This document shows positions 33,911-44,415 of a DNA stretch of 56,394 nt, in pieces. Source of the DNA: an uncultured virus (IMG/VR IMGVR_UViG_3300031587_000158) (Duplodnaviria; Heunggongvirae; Uroviricota; Caudoviricetes). Positions within the stretch are counted from its first letter, which is position 1. Each line of letters opens with the position of its first letter. The stretch lies in the IMG/VR virus record IMGVR_UViG_3300031587_000158. The stretch is one strand, 5' to 3'. The notes beneath the pieces are model-generated. The model worked only from the letters and a program-made list of their open reading frames with translations, was not told the DNA's origin and did not search any database. Both the position numbers and the translations under genes were made by a program.

Positions 33911-35893
33911 ATGAGAATGGAAAGCGATAAGATGTATTCGAATTTAGTATCAAATATTGAAGGTGTGTTGGGAAGCTATCTATCAAATGGTGAACTTTCA
34001 AATGAAGTGGCTGTAATCGGCGAACAGGCTAAAATCTTTCTTAGAACGATTAAGAGAGAACCTTATAAGCCAAACGAATTACAAACAGAGAGTTTAATTC
34101 AATTAAAGATCATCCGTAATCAAAATCAGAATAAGACCGTGGTAGTTCTACCGAGTGGTGCAGGTAAGACTTATATCCCAGCTTTTGATCTACTGAGCAA
34201 TTATCATGATGAGAGGTTATTATTTATAACACACCGAAATGAGTTAGTTTCACAAACAGTTGAGTATTTTAGAAATATTTTAGGAGATAAAGTAGATATA
34301 GGGGTTTTTAATAGCAGTAGAAAAGATAAGGACGCGAGAATCGTTGTCGCTACCATTCAAACCATATCACGACGAGAGAATCTCGATAAATTCAAACCCG
34401 ATGATTTTCAGTATTTTGTAATCGATGAAATCCACCACGTAGCGGCTAAAACATATCGGCGTGTCTTTGACTATTTAAACTTTGAGTTCTTCTTAGGACT
34501 TACCGCAACTCCTTACCGATATGATGGACAAAACATCTTAGAGTTATGTAATTCTAGCATAGCACATGAGGTTAATTTGAAAGAGGGCATCGAACGCGGT
34601 TTTCTCGTTCCATTTATTTATTACGGGTTATGGGATGACGTGGATTATTCTAACATTTATTGGAATGGCTACAAGTATACCGAAGAGGATTTGAATAAAC
34701 TTCTCTTGATAGATAAGAGAGATGAGGCGGTTATTCGTGAATTTAAAGCTAAATGCGCTGATAGAAAGGCAATTGGGTTCTGTTGTTCTGTGAAGCATGT
34801 CTGGAGGATGGTAGAGAAATTTACAGAAGCTGGTATTAGGTGTGCAGGTATAACCTACAAAGAGAAGAGAGATGAACGAGAGAAGATAATAGATGACTTC
34901 AAGAGCGGTTATATACAGATAATATTCACGCGTGATATATTTAATGAAGGCATTGATTTCCCGGATGTTTCTGCTTTATTATTCCTCAGACCAACAGAAT
35001 CGATAGTCGTTTTCATCCAGCAACTTGGTAGGGGACTTAGACAATCAAAAGGTAAGGAAAATGTCATAGTCCTTGATTTCATAGGTAATTATAGAAACGC
35101 ATTCCTGATCCCTGAATGGCTTGAAGGTAAAAGTCTTAGTGAGATAGAAAGAAGGAGGGAGACGAAGCCTGAATACGAGTATCCACTTGGCTGCGAAGTA
35201 CACTTTGATGCAAAGATTATAGACTTATTTGAGAGACAAAAAAAGTTATTCTTGAATGGTCACTTCATAACTGATGAAGAATTACGAAATGCGTATTTTG
35301 CGTTAAAAGCACTATTGGGCCACCAACCAACTTCGACAGAATTTAATAAATTATCAGGACTATCCATATATCTTGTTTTAAAGACTTATAGATCATGGAA
35401 TGATTTTCTTAAAGCTATGGGTGAGCCTATTAGGCATAAGTATAGGCACTTTAGGGTATCAGATGAAGAATTAACTGACGCGTATCAGAGATTGAAGTCC
35501 GATCTTGGTCGGCCACCGACATCGAGTGAATTTGATAAATTATCTAGGTATTCCAGTGGTAGCGTAAGGAGACGTTTTAAAACATGGGCTAAATTTCTAA
35601 AAGCTATGGGCGAACCTTTTCCTTACAAAATTTATAAGCACCTTAGGACATCAGACACGGAATTAACAGATGCATATAAGAAGCTGAAGTCCGATCTTGG
35701 TCGGCCGCCGACACAAAAAGAATTTTATCGATTAGCGAGTTATTTCAAGAACGCAATTGAGAGGGGGCATTTTAAAAATTGGACTAACTTCCTTAAATCC
35801 ATAGGTGAAACTCCTTCTAAAAGGCAGGGAAGAAAAAAGAAAGGAGTGAATTTTGGGGCTCTGGTGAAGGATAAAAGAAGCAGTACAGTTTAG
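33911..35893 (+). CDS. SF2 DExH helicase (Res-like) with three C-terminal homing-endonuclease-associated-type repeats
   Basis: LPSGAGKT, DEIHH, GLTATP, FNEGID, QQLGRGLR; three roughly 60-aa repeats of D.EL..AY..LK..LG..PT..EF...W..FLK..G. Confidence 0.9.
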   Translation: MRMESDKMYSNLVSNIEGVLGSYLSNGELSNEVAVIGEQAKIFLRTIKREPYKPNELQTESLIQLKIIRNQNQNKTVVVLPSGAGKTYIPAFDLLSNYHDERLLFITHRNELVSQTVEYFRNILGDKVDIGVFNSSRKDKDARIVVATIQTISRRENLDKFKPDDFQYFVIDEIHHVAAKTYRRVFDYLNFEFFLGLTATPYRYDGQNILELCNSSIAHEVNLKEGIERGFLVPFIYYGLWDDVDYSNIYWNGYKYTEEDLNKLLLIDKRDEAVIREFKAKCADRKAIGFCCSVKHVWRMVEKFTEAGIRCAGITYKEKRDEREKIIDDFKSGYIQIIFTRDIFNEGIDFPDVSALLFLRPTESIVVFIQQLGRGLRQSKGKENVIVLDFIGNYRNAFLIPEWLEGKSLSEIERRRETKPEYEYPLGCEVHFDAKIIDLFERQKKLFLNGHFITDEELRNAYFALKALLGHQPTSTEFNKLSGLSIYLVLKTYRSWNDFLKAMGEPIRHKYRHFRVSDEELTDAYQRLKSDLGRPPTSSEFDKLSRYSSGSVRRRFKTWAKFLKAMGEPFPYKIYKHLRTSDTELTDAYKKLKSDLGRPPTQKEFYRLASYFKNAIERGHFKNWTNFLKSIGETPSKRQGRKKKGVNFGALVKDKRSSTV

Positions 35894-36586
35894 TAAGATT
35901 TAGTGAGGTACTGTGTAGTAAGAGGAATAAAATGGAAAAAGTCGATACAAATAGATTTGTAGATATGATGGTCAAAGCAGAGCAATCCGGGAAGATGTTT
36001 TCACTTGATCTCTCACCATTAGAGGTAACAGGGCTACATGGTGCGATAGTTCTGGCTATGAAACATCCTCATGTGGCGAGCGATATGCATGATCTTCGTG
36101 GGATCCTGCAGAGGATAAGACATAAGCTCTGTCTGATAATGGAGGATATAGGCTTTACAGAAGAGGAAGTTAAATATCTTGATACGAAAGAAGTGTAATT
36201 GAGGGGGGTATATGAAAACTAAGGATTCGAGAAGGAGATTTATAAAGGAAGATGTCATACGAATTTTATCAGAGAACCTTCAATTTACCGATTTTGACAT
36301 CAGGAATTATCCATCAGTATTAGAGCATATCGCGGGTCAAATTATGAGGGTTATAGAGCGATATATAGTCTCTGATTACGAAGGCACCCATATTTGTCTG
36401 TACACGAACAGATGTAACCCCGTCAACGATTTCGTAAGACCGGGGGACATTTTGGAAGTGAAGACTATAGAGGTGTTTGGGCAGGGGGAAATTGGTTTGG
36501 ATTATAGATTTGATTTGATGAAGAAGGATAAATAAAAGATAACCAGAGGAGTATATGGAGCAGCGCAAGAAACAAGAGAAGGACAA

Positions 36587-37690
36587 ATGAACAATGAAAT
36601 GGCATGTGTTAAATGCCTACGTGAAGGGGCAGAAATTGAAATTGTAGGTGAACGCACGACAAAAGGGCACATACATGAAGACTGCCTTATCCAAACCATT
36701 TTATCCCTTATAGAAAACAAGCCCGATTACGAGAATATATTGCGAAGACTAGTACAGTATGAGGAGACCACGGGTGAAGACAAACACGAATGGGTTAGAG
36801 GGTTAACCGAAGGTAAGAAAGACAACTGCTGGGGCTGGTCTGATGTTAGTGTGGCGACAGCTCGATTAAACCTACTCATCAGTGAAAACATCATTACAAT
36901 CATATTCTCAACTCGAAGCCGGACTGAATATACACTCGTTAACCGCGATCTTACGAAGAAGGCTCTGGACCTTGTAAGTGCAAATAAAGAAGAGAGGATA
37001 GAGATTGAAGGGGAGATCGAGAGGATCGAAATACCACTGGATTTATTCGATATTATTGTTGGACATGAGGGTAAAAAGGAACTTATCCTGAGAAGCTTAA
37101 CATCAAAATCAGAACGCCCCACCCACTGGTTATTACACGGTAGTGTCGCCTCTGCAAAAACACTCTTTCTCGAGGAGCTTACAAGAATAAGGGGCTCTAC
37201 CCTTGTTGTAGGGAGTGGTGCAGCACGAGTGGGACTTTTGGATACTCTCTTTGATAAGAGACCTATCATACTAATTATTGATGAGCTTGATAAAATACGG
37301 GATGCAAGTGACTTATCAGTCTTATTAAGCTTAATGGAAAGAGGCTATATCTCCGAGACAAAGCATGGTAAGCTAAGAGATGCACGATTGAGAACTTTAG
37401 TTTTTGCCTCGGCAAACAGGGTAGATAGATTTTCAGAGGAGCTGCTCAGTCGGTTCAGGAAACTACGATTTAGAGAATACAATGATGAAGAATTCAAAGA
37501 GGTTGTAGTCAAAGTTCTAACTGAGCGGGAGAGCATACCTGAGACTTTAGCATTATACATTGCAGTAAAGGTCCTTAAAGATCTGAGGAGCAGGGATGTC
37601 AGGGATGCCGTTGGAGTTGCACGTTTAATAAAAACTGATAATGAGGAAGATGTGGATCGTGTGGTGGACACTTTGAAGAAAGAGGGGTAA
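36587..37690 (+). CDS. AAA+ ATPase with N-terminal domain
   Basis: Variant Walker A HGSVASAKT, Walker B LIIDELDK, sensor ASAN, arginine finger LLSRF. Confidence 0.8.
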   Translation: MNNEMACVKCLREGAEIEIVGERTTKGHIHEDCLIQTILSLIENKPDYENILRRLVQYEETTGEDKHEWVRGLTEGKKDNCWGWSDVSVATARLNLLISENIITIIFSTRSRTEYTLVNRDLTKKALDLVSANKEERIEIEGEIERIEIPLDLFDIIVGHEGKKELILRSLTSKSERPTHWLLHGSVASAKTLFLEELTRIRGSTLVVGSGAARVGLLDTLFDKRPIILIIDELDKIRDASDLSVLLSLMERGYISETKHGKLRDARLRTLVFASANRVDRFSEELLSRFRKLRFREYNDEEFKEVVVKVLTERESIPETLALYIAVKVLKDLRSRDVRDAVGVARLIKTDNEEDVDRVVDTLKKEG

Positions 37691-38003
37691 AGGAGATATA
37701 AGTAATGATACACTCGATAAATTTTTATGCTATTCGGCGATATATAGAGATTAGCGGGATATGGAACATAAATGACCTACTGGGCTCACCATGCCATAAC
37801 GGATTTATCCTCCCTATGGACTGAGATTCCCGGTATGCGGGGGACCGAGACCTCCTCCCGCTATAAAAAATATAGCCATCAAAATGCCCAAGGAAAGGGA
37901 TAGCTCTGGGATGAGGGATTGGTTTACCGAATTTGAAAAGGATGAGACAAAACTTGGGATTACCTATAAACGAAAAAAAAAAACTTAGGAGGTGATATAG
38001 AGC

Positions 38004-38162
38004 ATGACAACCGTGGACATTGACCGGGATGCTTTTGATTTGGTGTCTGCGGAAGCTAATCGTGTAGGAAAGTCAAAAAGGGAAATTGTATCAGAAGCGG
38101 TTCGGAAGTATTTTAGTGGGGGTAGGCGAAAGAAGGACGATATATTAGTACTCGATCTTTAA
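38004..38162 (+). CDS. Ribbon-helix-helix (CopG-like) DNA-binding protein, 52 aa, not in the ORF track
   Basis: MTTVDIDRDAFDLVSAEANRVGKSKREIVSEAVRKYF; perfect SD AGGAGGTGA. Confidence 0.7.
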   Translation: MTTVDIDRDAFDLVSAEANRVGKSKREIVSEAVRKYFSGGRRKKDDILVLDL

Positions 38163-39419
38163 TTAGCTCTCCATGGGTCTTGGTATATCAGTGGAGGAAA
38201 AAAGAAAATTCTGTGAATACTGTAATAAAGAGACAACATGGAAAGTCATTCACAAAGATAAGGGATTGATGATAATAGAGTGTAAAGAGTGCTTCAAGGT
38301 GGAACAGGTTTACTCAGTAAATGAAGGAACTAAAGATATACCTTTTGGATGACGGGAAAATAACCTGCTTCCTACGAGAAGATTTTCTTGGGTCCTTTAA
38401 GGAGATATCGGTAGACGACGCAAAGAAGATCCTTGGAGAATCTAGTTTCAAGGTAAAAAGTGAGGAGTAAAAAATAATGTTTCCAGATGTACCTGTAACA
38501 ACGATCCTATGGGCTAATGAGCTTTGTAATAGTTGCAATTGGAATGCGGTACAAGGTGACGACTTAAAGCATAACTGCCCAACAATCGAGTTAAACTTCC
38601 TGAGAATATCAAAGTTGTATAATACCGACGAAGAGATTGCAGAAGCTCTCATTAAGAGTTGGCTCGGTATTTATCTTGTATTTTCGTGCAGGAAAGATTG
38701 GATAAACCATAATATTAGACAATTTTTAACCGCAGAAGAAGAGGAAGATACATGTAATGGAATATTCAACTACGTTTTAGACCATCTCAGCGAGTTCACC
38801 GAACTGAAACAGAAGGCTAAGGACGCAATACTTAATGGTGGAAAGGTTTGCTCAGAGGATATATCTGGATACGTAGATCGAATATTGAAGTTATTAAAAG
38901 ACCTCTAATCTATCCTTGGAAGAATATGGATTTTTTGGTAACACCGAATACTCGAAAGTCTAATCAATAGTCTGCGATTTATGGATTTACACTATGGGCG
39001 AACTGTTTCCTTCGGTCGAGGCATTATTAGCTCGATATAAAAAAGAGGAACGTACCCTGGTAGAGCGGCTGGAAAAATTACAAACGAGATGGGGTGAAAT
39101 ATGGGACAGATACGAGAACATTCCGACAGTAAAATTAGGCTTCATAACATTACCTGACGAGTCATATCTATCAGATGAGGACAAGGAAGAACTGGACAGG
39201 AACTACGATGAAGAAGAGAGGATACTTAGGAAGTTAGCCAATATCAGAGAGAAGATAGATATACTCACCAGAATAGAAGAGAATACGGATGAGGGGGGGA
39301 GGAGGACCGATAATCTATGGTGGTTTGGTAACGAACAAATAGCTAGCCGCCGGGATATAAACACGCTAATAAAGAGAAGAACGAAGAAGGAGTGGTTTCT
39401 AGATTGGGCGTACAGAAGA

Positions 39420-39707
39420 TTATGATGGACCTCTAACAGCTTTTCTCGTAATTACTCTCATAATTATTTTTATAACTATCGCCCCCAAATACCACAACGG
39501 AAAAGCATATAATGATGTGGTCACTAAAACACTACCAGGATAGACCCATAAAAAACTACCCGTGATATACCGTATACACCACCCCAAAATAAATTCCCCT
39601 ATAAACGCTAAGAAAGCAATAAATAATGTTTCCTTGATAAATATCAACCCCTTTCTCATTAGTAGCGACACAGGAAGATTTGGTAATTGAATATGATTAA
39701 TAACCAT
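39420..39707 (-). CDS. Small membrane protein
   Basis: Two to three hydrophobic segments; true start probably the internal MRKGLIF. Confidence 0.55.
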   Translation of the reverse strand: MVINHIQLPNLPVSLLMRKGLIFIKETLFIAFLAFIGEFILGWCIRYITGSFLWVYPGSVLVTTSLYAFPLWYLGAIVIKIIMRVITRKAVRGPS

Positions 39708-40109
39708 TGGAATAAGAAGTTACTCAGACTCAAAGAAATATGGACATATCCAAAACTTGCCGATGCTGTATTAGTACGATCAGGTGCTGGTATGTGGCTC
39801 GAAGGGAAATGGGTTGAGATTATTCCTGCGAACGTAGTCAAAGTTGATTTTTTTATCATCGGAGTTTGGTGGGCGTTCAGTATATACGAGAACATTTTAG
39901 AAATTGGAAAGGGGGCTGTGGGTAGTGAAATTGAGATTATTAATATACCTGGAAAAAGGAAACGTATAACAGAAAGTGGATATATCCCCTTTACACCTAT
40001 TTTCTTCCCGCCTATTCGATTAGTGCGTAATACTCGAGTATCTGTGCGGACAGCAGATTCATATACTGGTTCTACTGATCATTTTGTAAAAGTGATCTGT
40101 GCGGCTTAA
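39687..40109 (+). CDS. Beta-rich hypothetical protein, possibly virion-associated
   Basis: 140-aa ORF with alternating hydrophobic beta pattern. Confidence 0.5.
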   Translation: MNMINNHWNKKLLRLKEIWTYPKLADAVLVRSGAGMWLEGKWVEIIPANVVKVDFFIIGVWWAFSIYENILEIGKGAVGSEIEIINIPGKRKRITESGYIPFTPIFFPPIRLVRNTRVSVRTADSYTGSTDHFVKVICAA

Positions 40110-40192
40110 TGTTAAAATAAACTGCTTCTTGCGTATTTAAAGCGATAAATTATACCAATGGTATAACCAACGGTTAGCCTTTAAAGCTTTTT

Positions 40193-41209
40193 CTATTTTC
40201 GGCGATAAAGTTGTATTAGGTAGTCTATCAAGCACGAAAACTTCGTGGTTGCAAGAGAGGGGTAGACTGTACAGCCGATGTAGCATAAGTTGCATTTTCT
40301 GGCTTTTTCGCGGAGCCTCTCTGCCTGAGGTGAGTTCCAGATTTCTTTGAGCATTTTCTCCTTGACCGAGCCGATAAAGTTTTCTTTACCGTTCCATTGG
40401 TTACATGGAAATGAGACTTTTCCGTCTGGGTGCACAAATATGCAGGTGTCTCCTGCTCTGCAAGGTATAGCTATTTTATCTTTTAGTAGGTCCAAGAATG
40501 AGCTTGGGTTATAGATTAGGTAGCCTTCTGCTTTTAACTTGGCTATCAATTGGAACATCTCAATGCTTCTGTTCCTTTCTATTGTTAAGTCTGTCGTATT
40601 GTCAAAGTAGAAGACTGGTTGGAAGCTGATACCTATGCTCAGTTTTTTGCATAGTTTTGATAGCCCGATTATATCTCCTTTAGTCGTGTCGCGGGTAACA
40701 GTGGCGCTTATCGTTACTGGAACCTCGTCTTTCACTTTTTGGATACCCCTTAATGATTTCTCGAAAAGTCCCTTCATGCCTCTTTGCTTGTCATGCTTTT
40801 CTCCATTAAAGTAGTCTAGTGATACTGAAATCTCGTCTAGATAAGGCGTAACTGCGTCAGCCTTCTCTTCCAGCAGCAATCCATTCGAGTTCATATGAAC
40901 AATCATACCAATCTCTTTTGCGTAACGAAGAATCTGGGGCAAATCCTCTCTCAATAGGGGCTCACCACCCTCATACGAAACTATACGCACACCTAACTCT
41001 TTCGCCTGGTCAAGAAGATTCTTATGCTCTTCAAGTGTTAGTTCGTTTAGCTGTTTCCGTTTCCACAAGTTGCAGATGCTACATTTACAGTTGCAGCGGT
41101 ACGTGATTTTCACGTCGAGAAAAACAGGTATAAACTTCCCAATGAATGCCAAAAAAGCAATATATAAGATCTTAGCGGCATGTTTCCATACCACACTTCT
41201 AACTTTCAT
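40193..41209 (-). CDS. Radical SAM / SPASM domain protein
   Basis: CNCKCSIC, GGEPLL, NSNG, SVSLD; SPASM CRAG...HPDGKV.FPC...CNLCYIGC. Confidence 0.9.
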   Translation of the reverse strand: MKVRSVVWKHAAKILYIAFLAFIGKFIPVFLDVKITYRCNCKCSICNLWKRKQLNELTLEEHKNLLDQAKELGVRIVSYEGGEPLLREDLPQILRYAKEIGMIVHMNSNGLLLEEKADAVTPYLDEISVSLDYFNGEKHDKQRGMKGLFEKSLRGIQKVKDEVPVTISATVTRDTTKGDIIGLSKLCKKLSIGISFQPVFYFDNTTDLTIERNRSIEMFQLIAKLKAEGYLIYNPSSFLDLLKDKIAIPCRAGDTCIFVHPDGKVSFPCNQWNGKENFIGSVKEKMLKEIWNSPQAERLREKARKCNLCYIGCTVYPSLATTKFSCLIDYLIQLYRRK

Positions 41210-41269
41210 CCCTTTATCTACATTATATTTTTGAGATCGTAAAAGATAGATTTAAGGGTAAGAAACGGA

Positions 41270-41725
41270 ATGATGAAACAATTAGTCTCCTTTCATGTTG
41301 ATCGGGATAAATTAGCAATCCCATTCGTGGATCTGGAGGCTTGGAAGAATAAACATCCTCAAAGCTCTAAAGATTATCCTGATTTTTATGTCGATTTCAA
41401 TGAAGATGGGTTACGCTATACGAGTTCACCTTATGAGTGGCCGGCAGTAAGAATGCTCATCTTAGAGCGAGATGGACGCCGATGTAGATTTTGTGGGTTA
41501 GATGGATCAAAATCAAGGAAGCTACGAGCAAGTTTCAAAAATTTTATGTGGTACACTAATGGGCTCGAGGTGCAGCACATTATACCGAGCAAAGACGGCG
41601 GCGCTAATCACCCCAAGAATCTTATAACCCTATGCTATTCTTGTCATAAGAAGACATTCAAGAAAGGGTATGGGGGGATACCACAAAAAGAAAAAACGGT
41701 CCAGACCACTTTACTTATTGAATAA
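41270..41725 (+). CDS. HNH endonuclease
   Basis: RDGRRCRFCG...LEVQHIIP..GGANHPKNLITLCYSCH. Confidence 0.85.
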   Translation: MMKQLVSFHVDRDKLAIPFVDLEAWKNKHPQSSKDYPDFYVDFNEDGLRYTSSPYEWPAVRMLILERDGRRCRFCGLDGSKSRKLRASFKNFMWYTNGLEVQHIIPSKDGGANHPKNLITLCYSCHKKTFKKGYGGIPQKEKTVQTTLLIE

Positions 41726-43452
41726 GTGATGATTATATGCAAAAATAAATTAAGAAGTTAAAGAAAGAGGTGGATAGTTTAGATTGGTGAAAGAAAGTAT
41801 GGAGGAGAGCATGAGTGAAGAATTTTGGGAAAAGGAAGAGAGGGAAGAAATAGCTTGCTACGAACATGATTTATGGATGAGAGATTTTCTAAAGCGATGG
41901 CAAACGGGATTAATGTCAATAGACGAAGCGAGTAAAGAGATAGCAGAGCATTTTCCCGGATTAGAATATGGTTCTGTGCGAGATGGACTACTCAAATTGT
42001 TATGTGGGGTGTAAAGGAAGGGTGAACATGAGAACTTGTAAATGTTGCGGGAAGGAGTATGATGAGGATACGGTAAGGAGGAGCTTGGGTGCAGACTCAA
42101 GACCTTACCTTTTGGGTTACTGTTCAGCGCGGTGCTATACTCGTGATGTGATCGAAAAGAATAGTGAACCAAAGGAGGTGAAGAGGATATGATGGATAAC
42201 GATGATAAACAATTCTTGTTCATAATATGTGTTGCTTTAGTGGTAATGTTCCCATTTTTGTGTTACCTCTTTATGCATTATATGGAACCATTTGAGACAA
42301 TAAAGTTTGTAGCAACCGTCTACGGCTTTTTTGGGTTAGTGAACCTTTTTATGCTGGGGGTTCCCGCACTCGCCCAATTTTTATTCCCACCAAGTGGGAA
42401 TTGTAATAGAATCAGTAGCGTGCTTATTGAAGAATCGGAATTTATCGATGGATACAAGGAAGCGTCTAGGTACAAATGGAACACGCCCAATGGGAAACCG
42501 CCAAAGTTTGGTGTGGAGTGGATAAGACAGGATGGAATATTGGTAAGGCACGAATATCCGCTCTACTACGATATTATGGGCGAGCCACACGCAAACGAGC
42601 TCTTTGCAATGGATGTGCATCGGTGCAGCCCTGAAGAGGAGCGGATATTAAGAAAGGGTGAATCAAAGGAGGAATAAAGTAAATGGGTGAAGAAGATATA
42701 AAATTCTCAATACTTGAACTCATACAGAACGAGATCATATATTCAGACGAAAAGGGAGAATTGAGAGGTTGGGAGCAACCGAACAATACAATTGTTCTAT
42801 ATGCTGGAAAACCAAATACGGAAGAGGTGGAAGATTATATTCAAACTTTGCACTTTCCCAAAGCAGCAATTCCACGGCTCATCGCATTTTTAGGACGGGT
42901 TAAAGTTCCGTGTACTGAAGCTATGAAATTATTCTCAATGGCATGGAGAGCATCATCTGGGAAACATGCGGAGGCTTATGCGGATTATTTGGAACATATT
43001 GCAGAGTGCGAAGAGTGCATAGCCACTTTCATGCTTACCGATAAGGACATAGAGAGGATTAAAGAGGATGTTAAAGGTTATAGAACTGGGGCAGAGGATA
43101 TAAAGCGATACAAACAAAGAAAGGGTGCAGGTGATGAACGATGCTTATGATTATCATATAAAGCAAAGGAAGTGTGAAGAATGATACATGAATTGGGATC
43201 AAGTGGTGGAGTAAAGATAGTTAATAGAATACAAATAATAGCTGATTTGATGGAAGAGTGTTATCCCTTTTTCGATCCGTGGAGTTGGATAAAAAGGTTG
43301 AATAAGGGCGAACAACATGAGTGAAGAGAACTTGCAAGAGGGATTAGGAGAAGGACTGGTTTGTGCTTTGAAGGTTCTTAAATGTGGATGTATGATAACT
43401 CCAAAAGAAAGAATCTATTGTAAAAAGCATAAAAAGGGTGCAGGTGAGGAGG

Positions 43453-43581
43453 ATGCAAAGCAAACCACGTAAAGCGGTAAGTTTTAGGCCAGAGGGATTA
43501 TGCCCCCATTGCAAAAATCAAGAATGTCCTTTCACAGATAAGGATGGGCAAATAATAATCTGCGAAGCATTCGTAGACTAA
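43453..43581 (+). CDS. 42-aa Cys-rich peptide, copy 1, not in the ORF track
   Basis: MQSKPRKAVSFRPEGLCPHCKNQECPFTDKDGQIIICEAFVD. Confidence 0.7.
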   Translation: MQSKPRKAVSFRPEGLCPHCKNQECPFTDKDGQIIICEAFVD

Positions 43582-43610
43582 AAAGGGTGAGGAGCGTTAA
43601 GATGCAATAT

Positions 43611-43733
43611 GGTGGTGTGGCGGAGAGAGTAGACGCAGTCAATCTATGGTCTGCAAAGCGTCTGGCGTGTGAGATGCAAGACTACAGCATAGATTGGGAC
43701 AGCCATGCAGGGTTTGAATCCCTGCCACCACCA
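43611..43733 (+). tRNA. tRNA-like element with a greatly extended anticodon arm; identity unassignable
   Basis: GGTGGTG/CACCACC acceptor, GCG/CGC D-stem, GCAGGG-TTTGAAT-CCCTGC T-arm, and a roughly 60-nt hairpin (CAATCTATG/CATAGATTG) in place of the anticodon arm. Confidence 0.55.
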
Positions 43734-43742
43734 TCATAAAGG

Positions 43743-44210
43743 GTGCAAGAGATGAAAGATATATTTAACAGAGAAATGTTTAATAGACTCTATTTTGAAT
43801 GGTTAACAGCAGTATATGAACGAAATCCAGAAATAGCTACAGAAGGAGATAAACAGGTTATTCAAAGATTAGGTAAGAAGATGGCTCAAAGAATAAAAGA
43901 TATAGTTCCACGTAATAGCTCGACTATAGATTATATATTTGAAGCATTAAAATTGAGCCATTGGTTTCAGGAAAAGATAGAAATAGTAGAAAAAACAGAT
44001 AATTATCTGATATTACAAACTAGAGGATGTAGTTTTCAAAAACATTGGATAGAAAAATTTAATGGTGTGTTTTATTGTGCAACTTCTCATAGAGCTTTCT
44101 TAGAAGCATTTTGTAAAGAAATTAATCCAAATTCTAAAATAGAAAATCTCGTAAGTCCTATAGAAAATCCTCCTGATAATATCTACTGCCAATGGAAAAT
44201 ATCCGTCTGA
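43743..44210 (+). CDS. V4R-like / DUF6125-like small-ligand-binding protein
   Basis: TRGCSFQ...CATSH..FLEAFCKEINP...YCQWKI Cys pattern; visibly more AT-rich than neighbours. Confidence 0.55.
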   Translation: MQEMKDIFNREMFNRLYFEWLTAVYERNPEIATEGDKQVIQRLGKKMAQRIKDIVPRNSSTIDYIFEALKLSHWFQEKIEIVEKTDNYLILQTRGCSFQKHWIEKFNGVFYCATSHRAFLEAFCKEINPNSKIENLVSPIENPPDNIYCQWKISV

Positions 44211-44286
44211 CCCTCAAAGTTCGATTGGATAGGCGGAGATTCGATAAGAGATACTTCAGCATATAATAAAGGTGCAAGTGATTAAG

Positions 44287-44415
44287 ATGGAAAGCAAACC
44301 ACATAAGGAGGTTAGTTTTAGCCCAGAGGGATTATGCCCTCATTGTAACAATACAGAATGCCCTTTCGAAAATAGGGAGGGGCGAATAATAATCTGCGAG
44401 GTATTCGTAGATTAA
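44287..44415 (+). CDS. 42-aa Cys-rich peptide, copy 2
   Basis: MESKPHKEVSFSPEGLCPHCNNTECPFENREGRIIICEVFVD; ungapped alignment with 43453-43581. Confidence 0.7.
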   Translation: MESKPHKEVSFSPEGLCPHCNNTECPFENREGRIIICEVFVD

